A stretch of DNA of 62,804 bases, counting the filler, from Jimgerdemannia flammicorona (taxonomy: Eukaryota), in assembly GCA_003990765.1 (NCBI GenBank). It is 3 parts of 3 records of this genome, joined end to end, with 100 filler letters (N's around TTAATTAATTAA, not from the genome) between each part and the next. Parts side by side here need not be neighbours in the genome. Positions count along the whole stretch, not along the records: positions 20,975 to 41,847 come from RBNJ01001576.1; 2 more parts are not named here. The stretch is one strand, 5' to 3'. Shown here one piece after another: positions 26,793 to 39,294 of the stretch. Under the pieces are notes generated by a model. It ran no database searches and had not been told where the DNA came from. It saw only the letters and a program-made list of their open reading frames with translations. Each line of letters begins with the position of its first letter. Positions within the stretch are counted from its first letter, which is position 1. A program made the position numbers and the translations under genes.

Positions 26793-27418
26793 GACGAAAC
26801 GGGGCAGACGATACGAGACGCAATGTGAAATGTTCTGCAGATTCTGCTTCCAATATTAAATGCTCGCCGATTAATTAACCAATCAGGGGGTAAGGAGGCA
26901 TCATTGGAATCCATAATTTTTGCGGAGAGGGCTGAGTAGCTGCTGCTGCGATTGTCCATAACGGGGCTAGCCCTTGTGGTTCATATTCCACCCCTTCTTT
27001 TCGGCAACTTGGCGATTTTTTTTTTTTTTTTGACAGGCCGACATATCCTGCTCGATTGGTCGTGGGGTGAACCGTTTTTGGGGAATGGGCCCTAATCATT
27101 TAACTAATTTGGAAAGATCGGAACATTCTGCCAATATGACACCTTTAATAATATATGTTGTCAGACATCTAATCCAGATAATCCAATTTTAAATTAAGAT
27201 GAAAGAAAACTAGAGCGTCTTACTAAAGTGTTCCCATACTCAAGCAAACGCGACGCGTACCAGATGACCATGAACCCATTTATTTATTCTGGTAATAAAG
27301 ACTGAGATACGGAGTCTCGAATTGGGATATATATACAAAGCATACGATATGGTTATGATACAGTTTTTGTTTTTGGGTGATATGTGCGTGGATGAAGTTT
27401 GAAAGAGTATCTTGGATC

Positions 27419-28665
27419 TTAGAGAAGCATAAAAGCAAGCAGAGCAGCGAATATCATTGTGAGGGACGCAGTGCGCAGGTGCGATGCCGAGGAGACGAGA
27501 TTGTCGGCATTGATGCCTATAGTGGTAGTGTTGAGAGTTACCGAGTCAGCTTAGATGTCTACGAGGAAAATTTAAACACCAAAAAAGAAGGGCATGAAAG
27601 AACTTACCATCGACGAACCCAAGAGCGGGATCCCAAACAATTTTCTGCGGCTGCACCCTATCGAACGAGAACACATATATATCGAACGACTCGGCGCTGC
27701 TAAACCATGACTGGTCCTCTGCAGCCTGGGCGGCGGCGAGTTTAGCGCCGAATCCGAACGAGTTGGCGCGGGCGGTGTAGTTTTGCGCGACGACACCGAT
27801 GGAGGTGCCGTCAGCGATGGCGGTAGAGTTCCAGGTATAGAAAGGCGTGCCGATGGACGTAGAGCTGTTGGTCACGCCATTGCCGCGCTGCACGCGCCAG
27901 CCGTACGAGTGGACAGTCTGGATGACAGCCAGCTTGGAGTTGGCGTAGACGTACTTCCAGTTCGAGATCGTCAGGGTGTATTTGATGGCGTTGGGCGTCA
28001 GGCGGACTGAGCCGGTGTCCGTGGTGATTATAGTGTTGTTACTATTATGGTGGAAAATACGGGGCGATGAGTAGGTGAGGATTGCTTGGATATGGCTATG
28101 CGATGTTGAGAACGAAAGAAATCACACACCTAGCGAGATACACCTGAATTGTTACCGACGGGCTAGCGTCCTTGTTCGTCACTTGGAACACGTTGACGAC
28201 GCCATCGTCATTCGTAATGGACGTGTTCGTCCACGCATTCCACTGATTGTTCAGCACGATGTTGTACATATCGTATGTGCTCGTGCTCTCCGTCACGTCA
28301 ATTGTGTCGTTCCATTCGACGAGGCGCCAAAAGTCCACGCTCTGCGAGTACCCCGATGCTGTTGGGCCACCGGCCGAGATGGTCGAGTAACCGCTCCGGA
28401 TCTGCGGTACCCAGTTTGTCGACAACGTGAAGGCATACGAGTTCGACGTCGTTCCCGTCACGGCCGACTTAGTGAAGTTGCTCGAAACGACCGTCACCTG
28501 CTCCTGCTTGCTGCCGAACGTGAATTGGATCGTGCGTCGCACGGGGCCGGCGGGGACGGTGGTGTTCGCGTCGCGCTCGACGAGGGGCGAAGCGCTGGAC
28601 TGGCCAAGGCCGAGGAGGAGGAGGCGGAGGAGGAGGAGGATGGACGAAAGGGTCGTTGAACGCAT
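27419..28665 (-). CDS. Secreted, N-glycosylation-rich protein of unknown function with hydrophobic (GPI-like) C-terminus (3 exons)
   Basis: Signal peptide from ATG 28665. Beta-rich body ending IVWDPALG. Last intron acceptor at 27517 gives GINADNLVSSA..IFAALLAFMLL, stop at 27419. Confidence 0.85.
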
Positions 28666-29677
28666 GGTGCGGGAGATGAGTGAGTGAGTGTGGGTAACTG
28701 GAGTCGAGCACAATCGATCGGCACTGGGTCCTTTATACTTAAACTCATGTGCCCCAACCGGGAGGGGCACAAGCGCCCACAGTCTCGGGGTGGAAAGGCT
28801 GGATTGTCCCGAAATGGACAATGGCGGAAGGGATGGCCCGAACCGGGAAACCACTGACAGGCCGCATGGTCGGCTTGCGTCCGATCGGGATATATAGTTG
28901 CCCGCCTTCCGCTGACCCGAAAAGATCGGCTGCCGGATCATTCCGTTGGGACGGGGCCATGATGTCATGGCGCTGGCCCTCTTTTGTTGGGTTGACCGGG
29001 GTTCTTGTTAATTTGCCGTGACTATGGTGGGCCCAGACTTAAAGCCGTTGGTATCACTGATCACTGTGATATGCATCTGTTCGAGTTGTGAGGGCCGACC
29101 GATCAGGGGGTAGAGGGATTTCATCAAGGGGTAAAAGCCGCATGAATGAGTGCTACCTAACGTAAAATTGAAAGAAAATAATTTCTTGGATTCTCCCCCA
29201 TCCATAGCCCCGACTCATATTGGCCCCTGTTTGATTTCCGGCTTTGGGCTTAAGCCGACATCATTCACTCTGTAATCTCCGAACCTCTACCATGTAAGCT
29301 TTATCAAACAATACATAAATACTAGAAGCAGTAGATAATACTTTACTAGTGAGTTATTTGCCTTGTTTTGGATAGGTTCCTTGGGTTAATAAATCATTAA
29401 AGCTCTGAGGGGTTAAATCCTAAAGAGATGGATACAAGGCTATCCAGAGTATGTTTTGACATTTTCTCGTCTTTATTATTAAATCGGTCAGGGAGAAGGG
29501 CGAAATCTCCAGACGGACTTCGTTACCAAGCACCGATTATAAATTGACCAGTTGCTGACTGACCATGACACGAGTCACGTGCGCAGACGACTCTATAAAA
29601 TGGTCTCCTGGTTCAAAGAGCACACACATCAAAGATCTCACCACTACTTATTCCCATCTCGCAATCTCACATCGCCA

Positions 29678-30554
29678 ATGCCAACTATCCAGCTCCGCCC
29701 CAGCTCTGCCCGCGGCCACGGTCGCCAGAATTGGCTCGAGGCCTACCACACATTCAGCTTCGCACGGTACCGCGACCCGCAGCACAACGGGTTCGGCGCC
29801 CTAAGGGTCATTAATGAGGACGTGATCGCACCGGGATCAGGATTCGGGGAGCATCCTCACCGAGAGATGGAGATCTTTACGTATATTGTTGAGGGAGCGG
29901 TGGAGCATCAGGATTGTAAGTATGGGAGAAGACGAAATGGGATGGAATGAAGAGCACGCCATGTGAATTGGAACCAAATTTACTTACAACAGAACTTGAA
30001 TTCCTACAACACAACCAGCTCTCTCTAACACCGAGATACTCCAGCGCGGCGATCTCCAATTTACTTCTAGCGGAAAAGGCATCTGGCATTCCGAGTCCAA
30101 CGCTTCCAAAGACCGCAACCATGGCACACCCCTGAAAGCCCTCCAGGTCTGGATTCGTCCGTCGACGAGTGAGCTCGAGCCGGCGTATTACACGGAGCAC
30201 TTTTCTGATGCCGACAAGCACAACACTCTATGCCACATGATCTCACCCGTCGGGCAGCACGCGGAAGGCACGGTGCCAATCAACGCGAACGCGCATGTGT
30301 ACGCGGCGATTGTGGAACCTGGGCGGGAAGTTGTGCACCGCGTGCAGGGGATGGAGGGGAAGAGGAGGAAGGTGTATGTGCATGTTTTAATGGATGGGAA
30401 TACAGGGGCAGTGAGGGTGGAGGTCGAGGGAGGAGAAGAGGTGTTGAGGGGTGGGGATGGGGCGTATGTTAGGGGAGTGGAGGAAGGGGATGAGGTGAGG
30501 TTTAAAAGCACTGGCGAAGGGAGGGTGGAATTTTTGGTGTTTGATTTGGCGTGA
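29678..30554 (+). CDS. Pirin family bicupin (YhhW-like), 1 intron
   Basis: [38 protein letters not shown] and GIWHSESN metal ligands. One GT-AG intron at ~29917-30017. Confidence 0.93.
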
Positions 30555-31675
30555 GGGTGAGGGAAAATGTGTATGGAATTGCCAATCGGCTGTTTTTTCA
30601 ACGATAATATTCTAGAATCTCATATATACATTCGACAAAAAGTATGGTTCCATTATTTTTACTTGATACGCGCATTTTGCTTGCGGAAGGAGTGGAGGGC
30701 AAACAACAAAATGCTTTTCCTGTGGCACATTTGAATCACAAGTTCGGATTTTTATGCATGCATGCTTACAAATACGAAATAAATGTTTGTTTGTATGCAT
30801 CAAGGAACGAAAGGACATGAAGTTTAACTAGTGCAATAACCCACACATGCCATAGTAGAAACGAACCGTACAAAACTAAAAATGGCATGGGCAGCATCTG
30901 CACATCCAACAAGGCAAATGTGTGCCAACGACCCTGTCCTTCTTCCTCTCATCAATGCTCAACATCTCTCCCCTCCGCGTCGTCCCGGTCATAAGTAACA
31001 CCATATGGAGCATTCATGGCCTGGGTTCCTTCCTTCTCCCCGCCCAATCCCTCCAAATTGTCCGAGCCCTCGGTTTCCCATACCAATTCAAACTCATGTC
31101 AGTCACGATTTCTCCTCGGGATTTATGATCACACCCGATGAAGACATGCGTGGATAAAAAGATTTTCAAAATAAGCTAGCAGCAGCTCAATGCATGAGAA
31201 ATCCTATGCAACAACGCTATCACGTAATTAATTGATATTGGTCAAAACACAACACTGAATAGTCGTCTAGGCTAAATCAGATCTTGGTCACACCCACATA
31301 TCTATTTATCAATTCTTTCAATTCTTTGATATAATTATTACTTCTCTTCCCATTCTTCTGAAGTTGAAAAACGCTCGGGTTCTTCCTCTTTCAGCGTGTT
31401 AACGACTTCAAGGTAGCTGGGCTCTGCGCCACATCGGTATGCTATTTTGGAACACACGATCTTCCCTTCACCATTCAAGCTCCTCACGACCTCACAACCA
31501 GACGACAAACAATGCGCGCCTTGGATCTTCCTCCAGGCTTTGCTTGAAGGAGCTGTCCAAAGGGCAGTAATACTGTAACGTAAAACAAGCCACCAAGTCG
31601 ATGATGACGTCACCGACAATTTTGGTTCGCCAAACACGACCTGAAAAAAGGAGTTTGCGCTTTCTCGTCCTTAAT

Positions 31676-31686
31676 ACGCGACGCGT
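31676..31686 (+). promoter_or_regulatory. Tandem MCB-like (ACGCG-ACGCGT) motif upstream of the HELLS-type gene
   Basis: ACGCGACGCGT about 30 nt before ATG 31714. A further ACGCGT occurs at ~32027. Confidence 0.4.
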
Positions 31687-31713
31687 CTACCTTCCGACTC
31701 TACTACGATAACT

Positions 31714-34700
31714 ATGCCTATCGACGTTGACTCTATTAGCGATACCTCTACTGCTTCCCCTGCGTCCGAGTCCCCAGTAAGTTTGAACCTAGGAACATTG
31801 TAACATTGTCGCAGCAGCAGCTTGATGCCGTGTCGCTTTTCCCAATAGACCGCGCCGCTACTATATCTTTTGTGTGTTGAATTTTGCCATGTTTCTATGG
31901 CTCCTTTTATTCAGCCTACAAACTGAAAAAAATAACCAAATCTACCTGCCACACTTTTCTCGGCATGCCTCTAAACACGTCTCGTTCCGCTTACCCCTCG
32001 TATATACAAACCCAATCCGTGTACAAACGCGTTCCGACTCCAAAAAAAATCGCGTGACTTCCACAGAATGCAACAACAACAACAGCAGGCACCACCCCGG
32101 TGACGAGCGAAGTCGAGGCCGAGATTGAGATTGTGGACAAGGACGGCAACACGCTCGTTACGGACACGATGCTCAAAGAAGAAGAGAAGCTGCACCAGCA
32201 AACCGAAAAGGAAACCGCCAAAGTAATGCAGGAGGAGGTATATATATCTATATATATATCTATATATATTCGAATGGCATATAGTGATTGGAGACAAAGC
32301 TGTTAAAGTTGCACAGCTCTCAGAACAGGCCATTCAGCGCAGTCACAATTCACCGTCTCACTTAAACATTCACTCATACTATCATCTTTCTTCTTCCCGA
32401 TCCTCCAGTCCCGCAACCAATTCGACCAAGGCATCAAAGAACAACGCATGAAACGTCTAAACTTTCTCCTCTCCAAATCCTCCGCATACGCTACGATCCT
32501 TTCCGAGAAGCTCAAACGCCAGCAGGACGAGGCACGCGAGAAGGCTGCCAAGCTAGACGCAGCCAGGAGGATCGAGGAGGCAAGACTCCAGGCCGCGGGA
32601 AAGGAAGGGAATGAAGCAGACGAGAACAAGAGGGCGGCGGAAGGGGAACAAGAGCAGGAGGGGGAGGGCAGCATGGCCATGAGGAGGAGGTCCGGCAGAA
32701 CGAATATCGTCATTCCAGCACCGCCCCCGAAAAAGACGAAGACGGCGGCCAAGAAGAGGAAAGCGGGGGACGAGGAGTATCAACTCGAAGATTTGATTAA
32801 TGAGGAGGTGGGTGGGTCTGTCGTTGTCTACGTCTATTATAGATTTCGAGCTTGTACTCATATCACCCTTGTTTGTGCATATGTTCCTCTTCTTACAATC
32901 AACTATTTGCCATATAGGAAATTAAACGCCGAAAACAAGACTCTCCGGACCCCGTCACTACCACTAGCATCTTCGCCAACACTACGATGTCCACCGCGTC
33001 CGGTCAAGCTGGGCCTGATCCAATCAAAAAGATCAAGCCGTCTATCTCGGCGCGCCAGCCCAGTTTGGTCACCGGTGGTATGCTGCGTGAGTACCAGCTT
33101 GCCGGTGTGGAATGGCTCGTCAGCCTATGGGAGAATGGGTTGAACGGGATTTTGGCGGACGAAATGGGATTGGGGAAGGTGAGCTTGATTGGTTCATGTT
33201 TGGTGCTTGGAAGCGTTGTTGGGAGACCTTGTCCTTAGCAAGGGATGAGGATAGTAATGTCAAGCAGGTGTTGTATGATCCATTTATTCACTTGCGTCCT
33301 TACTCCTCATTATCTTTGTCAGACCCTCCAAACCATCGCCTTTATTGCCCACCTCAAAGGCATGAACGTTTCGGGGCCCTTCCTGATTGTCACTCCACTC
33401 TCGACACTTGCGAACTGGGTTAGCGAGTTCCAGAGGTATTATGTCTTTCACAACTTATTTCCTTCTTGTTCCTCTTCGTCTAATCGTCTCTCATCATTCT
33501 CCATTTTTTCGTTCACTCATCTTATTCACCACCACGCCAGGTTCACCCCCACGATACCTGTGCTGCTCTTTCACGGCAACAAAGACGAACGTGCTCACAT
33601 GATCAACCACAAACTTAAGAAGAACAAGGAGGCCACCTACGAGTTCCCCGTCGTCGTGACGAGCTACGAAATTGTCATGAACGACCGCAAGTATCTGCAG
33701 GTGTGCTGACTTACGGTGTTTTTATTTCCCGTGGCCTAGCCATACCGTTGAAATTAAAGGCCTTCGATGAGATCTCATTTCCCACCGTTATTTCGCCACA
33801 TTGAAAGCGATACAATTGGAAGTACATTGTGGTTGACGAAGGCCATCGTATCAAGAATCTGAACTGCAAGCTTATCAAAGAGCTTAAGACATATAATTCA
33901 GCGAATAGATTACTGTTGACAGGGACACCATTGCAGGTATGTTTCTCTCTCTCACTAAACATTACCATTACATACGGCTATTACCGCTTTAAAGCCGACC
34001 ATTGAAAATCATATGTATGTTGTTTCACTATGTCTGATTGCATCGTCACTCTAGAACAACCTCGCGGAACTCTGGAGTCTACTCAACTTCTTACTTCCAG
34101 ATATTTTTGACGATCTGGACATGTTCCAATCTTGGTAAGGTTCTATACACACTTTCTTCATATTTTTATCCATATTTCTAATACTCCCTATTTCGGATCC
34201 CGCATTGCGAACCCTTCAAACACCACCCCACACAGGTTCGACTTTTCCGACCTGCACCAGAAGAGTGGGCAGGAGAGAATCATGCGTGAAGAAGACGAAA
34301 ACCATATCGTATCAAGCTTACACATGATTTTGAAGCCGTTCCTGTTGAGGAGATTAAAGAATGACGGTAGGTGAAGGGAGGAGAGCCTATTGTGAAGATT
34401 CTGTGATGAATCGTACATTCTTTGATCATCGATAGTTTTTGTGTTTCATCAATGAGTATGAAAATTTATATCTTTTTCTCTTTTTGTCTCGAAAGTCGAG
34501 CATGACCTGCCCAAAAAGAAAGAGTATCTACTGTATGCCCCCCTGACAAAAGCCCAAAAGGAGATCTATGACGCCATCCTAGACCGCAACATCCGCGGGT
34601 TCCTTATCGACAAGAAGGCCGGCGGCGAGAACCCAGAGACGACGGCGTTGAATGATGGCAAAGAAAATAATGAGAACGGGCAGAGTGGCAAGACGAAGGG

Positions 34701-36015
34701 GAAAACGAGGACGGCTGCGACAAACAGGGTCAATTATAAGGAGATGACAGACGCGGAGTGGTTCAAGATGGTGGAGAGTGATGAGCGCGTTGAAGAGGAA
34801 GTGGAGTACGTTCTCGATAATGAGGCGGTCGGGAGGGAGTACCAGAAGAGGAACGCTGGTACGTGATGGTTCTGGCTGTCATGTTTATATCTTGGTCTTC
34901 CACGTCGCCATATTCACACCTCTTGTGCCATATTCTGCCACGTCCACAGTCAAGGCCGTTGGTAACCTCAAGCTCCAGAACCTCGTCATGCAATTGCGCA
35001 AGGTCTGCAACCATCCCTTCCTTTTTGACTGGCCCCTGGACCCAGCCACGAACGAACCAGTTGTGTCATCCGAACTCGTCAACCAGTCTGGCAAGATTAT
35101 GATGATAGACCGCCTACTCCCGGCCCTCTTCGAGCGCGGCCACAAGGTGCTCATCTTCTCGCAGATGACAAAGATGCTTGACATTCTGCAGGACTGGGTC
35201 ACTGTGATCAAGGGATGGAAGACGTGCCGCTTGGACGGTTCCGTGCCGCAGGAGGAAAGGAGGAAGCAGATCGCTGAGTTTAACGACCCCAAATCGGACT
35301 GTATGCTGTTTTTGTTGAGTACTAGGGCTGGTGGGCTGGGGATCAATTTGACCGCCGCGGATACGGTGGTGATTTTTGATAGTGATTGGGTGAGTCATTT
35401 TCTATTTAATTGCTCATTCGTTTTCCTTTTTTCTGCATTGACTGACCAATTTCTCGCTCTGACAGAACCCGCAAATGGACCTCCAGGCGCAGGACCGCGT
35501 CCACCGTATCGGACAGACCAAGCCTGTGCTTATTTATCGTCTTGTCATTGGTAACACGGTCGAAAGCAAAATCCTCGAGAAGGCGTCGGCGAAGAGGAGG
35601 TTGGAGAAATTGGTAATTCAGAAGGGTAAGTGTAATAAATATGCTTCCACTGATGGATATGAAGCATCGGCTTTTGCGAAATTTAAGTTTTATTCTCTCA
35701 CACATATACTACTGGGATACGGTTCGACTTATCTCACCTTATCCAGGCAAGTTCAAAGTCCCCACGGCCGGCACGCAAGAGAGCCGTTCAACCTTGCTCG
35801 AGCTCGCCGAGATCCTGGCGTCGGAGGACGGCGAGAAGGTGCACGTGGCAACCGAGGGCGACCGCGTAATCTCGGATGATGACCTCGAAAAGCTACTCGA
35901 TCGGTCTCCAACGGTCTTCGAGGCCCAAACCGTGAGTGCGCAGGGCGCATTTAGGGAGATTGAAGAGAGCGAGTTAAGGGATGTCAAGAGCGATGCCCTG
36001 GCGACGAGGACGTGA
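31714..36015 (+). CDS. HELLS: SNF2-family chromatin remodeller, HELLS/LSH/DDM1 (yeast Irc5) subfamily, multi-exon
   Basis: [13 protein letters not shown]-terminal motif, [58 protein letters not shown] and [11 protein letters not shown]. Start codon inferred. Confidence 0.9.
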
Positions 36016-36249
36016 GGGATGCGGAATCAGTTGGCTTTGAATGGTGGGAGGGATCTCGAGATTGGGTTCCATGTACATTGTTATTTTTCTTCAGTACATA
36101 TCTTCAGTACATATTGAATCTTTTGGGTTTGAGTTATTGGTTTCATTCGTGGCCTTGCTCTTTTTGCGACAATTGTTTGTAGTCCCTCTGGACTTGCTAG
36201 TTAGGAAAACGTAATAAAGAGTTGGAAACACGATTGCCATATACAACCT

Positions 36250-38022
36250 CGGCTTCCTTATTAGAAATTAAATTATATATTTTATATATTGAAAGTATAT
36301 ATTATAATATATATATAAAGTAATCTGATTTCGAAGAAATAACATTATACTCTATGATTACTAATATTATATGATATTATTGATAAAATAATATAACTGC
36401 TAAATAGTACTATCTGATGATTTTATCTAATTTATTCACTAACTCTTACAATATAGATATATAATTAATAATAGAAGAAACTAAAAGAATTCTAAATACT
36501 GACTATATTATTTAAATATTTTCAGATTACTAAGTAATAATAATATAATACTCTCTATAATGAGCTTTATTTATTATATAAACTTCTATTCTATTTTTCT
36601 AAAAATCTATAATTTTATAGCTATATATATATCTAGAAGACTTATTTTTGTCTAGTGTAGTATACAATATATATGTCTTGCTTGCAGAATGTACTGCTTA
36701 ATATGTTACTTGGTTATCATATACTATCTATCTTTTTATCTGATAATGTTCCAGCTTAATGTTCAATTTAACTGCTATTTGATTTGTTTATACATATTTC
36801 TCATTTGCATCAAGTTGAAGTTTGAGGTTTGTGTGTTACAAGTTATTGGTCATGTGACTAGATATTCAGAATGGTAGAAGGTGAAAGTATATATGTTGTG
36901 GATTCTGGCATACTGATAGTTATCCTGGTATTCTTGATGAAGTTTCCTAGCAAGTTGGCAATCTTGTATCTTATATTTTATATTTCATGTAGTCTGAGAT
37001 CTTGTATCTAATTTTCATAGTAGTGGTTCTTAACTAAGTAACTTGTATCTTTTTGTAATAATTTTCATAGCAATAACAGTTTGTATCTTAAGTTTTATAA
37101 TAATTTTTGTATTAATTTCTAAGGTGGCAAGAGTAATCTCTTAACTTTTAAAGATAATATATTTCTCTGTAAATCCTTTTTACTTCAAACTATCTGACTC
37201 AGATTTATTCACTCTTGTCTTTAGGGGTATTTATATATATTTCTACTATGCTCTAGTAGCAAGGTCTGGATATACTATTGGTTTGCTAGTTGCAGTGCAT
37301 TAGTAGCAAAGGCTATACTAATAGGGTAAGATTGGAATACTTTTATTCTGTACTGCTGGTAAAGAATATTTAGATAGTGGGGAGAGAGAGGGGGGAGCTA
37401 TTCTATATTTAGCTAAACTATAATATACTTACGTAAAGAATAGTACTAACTAAATTGGATAAGGCTGAAATATCTTTATTCTGTACTACTGGTAAAAAAT
37501 ATTGGTCTCTGCCTTAAAAGGCATAGTATTCTTCACCAGTGATAAGTAAATTACCTTGTTAAATTATAACTTCATCATACTACTCTTCAAAGAGAAGAAG
37601 TACTGGTTAAGAGATAAGAGAATAGAATAGTGGCCAATCATCTTCAATAATATTTTCTAACTCTTGCATAGCTTGAAGGCAGACTGAAGACTGGTAGATT
37701 CTTTATTATTCTTCTTCTTGGGATTCATCAGTTCGGATATCTTGAGATATCATAGTAGTTTTAATAGCAGAGTCTTGGTATTTTTCTTTTTCTTAGGCAG
37801 GAGCTTCTGAGACTTCTTGGTTCAGTTCCTATACAATGTGATGTAATATATAACTAATAGAGTAGTAGATGGTTATGATAGCTCTTCAGGTGCTTTGACA
37901 GTAATGAGTAGTCCTTCAAAGATTTCCATAAGACTTATCAGATAGCCTTGATAGTTATCTCAAAGAGAAGTAGTATGGAAGTCTGGCAGAGTAAGTTCAG
38001 TTTGTTAACTTTTTATAGTAAT
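36250..38022. mobile_element. AT-rich, CpG-depleted TE relics (partly LTR-element-like coding remnant on the minus strand)
   Basis: Abrupt loss of CpG and gain of TpA. Short internal direct repeats (~37337 and ~37470). The sequence resumes at 39256 after the inserted retroposon. Confidence 0.45.
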
Positions 38023-38035
38023 ACAGTTGCTCCTA

Positions 38036-39242
38036 TTTTTTTATTTTTTTTATTTTTTTTATTTTTTTTTAACAGACTCATGTCCCACAGAATTTTATTG
38101 GAAGGAAACCTAGACTATATAGGCTAAAACCCTCCCCCACCACCCACCAAGCACTGCTTTCCCATTAATCTAGGCTAGCTATTGTCCAGCAGCTCGACCA
38201 TGCCAGGTGCAGCAGGGCCTATGGTGGCCCATACCTTATTCTGCACACCATGCTCTCCCTACCACCAGGGGAAACCCAACCATATGCCAATGATCAAAAG
38301 TGTATGCCTGAGAACCCAACATATGTACAAGGCCACACCCGAGTCAAATAGAATAGCCCCTGTCACCCCAAAGAGAATGACAGGCAAAGAAAAAACCCTC
38401 ATCAAAGCACAACATGATGAGTAGGGCCTGGTTCTCTCAGTCGAGGTGAGTAAAAGACTTATATATGAGGTGGGAGGAAGCCCCCAATACCCCACTACTC
38501 AAGCCTGTAGGCCTCGATCATGTTGCCATATCAGCTTCTGGTTCCAGTTGAGTGTAGCCAAGATGCCTGAAATAGGTAGCCTTAGGCTCCCCGACCCCCT
38601 CTAATGACTGGGGCCCAACCCCACTAACTGCCAAAAGAAGCCGAGAGTGACACCTACCATCTAACCATACCACACCAATCAAAAGGCCCCACTGAAGCAG
38701 CACCTGCCCCAGCCCCAATGACCACCCCCAGCCTGGCACCCTACTGGTTCACCATTATTGCCCTTCCTCCTATCTGTGATGGCCATCTCCCCTCCCATCC
38801 CAACAATACCTGAAAAACAGTCACCTATGCCAGAACCATACTCACCGGGAAGCTCGCCAAAGCCAGAGGGCCCCACCACAGGCACTGAAGACCTATAGGT
38901 AACCTACACTGAGTACTTGACGCCAAGGTCAGCTGACTCCCTACGTAGCCCGAGACACACTGAGATAACTCCTTGTTGATAATGGCAAAAGGAAGAAGGT
39001 ACCACACCAAAACGGGTATACTCCAGATATAGCTGAAGGTACCAGAATCCATGAAAAAGTGGAGAAAGCACCAATCCGACACCGATAAAGAGGCAACTCA
39101 TCACTATTGCCCTCCTCCCATTATGCCCCTGCAGGCACAGCAAATCAATCTGAGATAGAGGGGGCAATATTAGGGGAAAGGGGACTTGGAAGGTCACCTA
39201 CCAAACCTTGTGACCAGTAAGGTAGTGGAGAAAGGGAGCATC
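38036..39242 (-). mobile_element. Non-autonomous, apparently non-coding poly(A) retroposon (long SINE-like)
   Basis: 13-bp TSD acagttgct(c/t)cta at 38023-38035 and 39243-39255. A-rich tail at 38036-38070, AATAAA and a terminal hairpin. The body is not alignable by eye to LINE ORF2. Core shared with 41768-41847. Confidence 0.75.
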
Positions 39243-39294
39243 ACAGTTGCTTCTAATGTAATCAGCAACTTCAGCTTCCACCTAATTGACTTCT

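Noticed and set aside
39190..39242. HDV-like ribozyme or tRNA head at the 5' end of the SINE-like element
   Set aside because: The interleaved stems lack room for P3/L3, P4 and J4/2. The A-box-like TGGTCACAAGG has no convincing B box.
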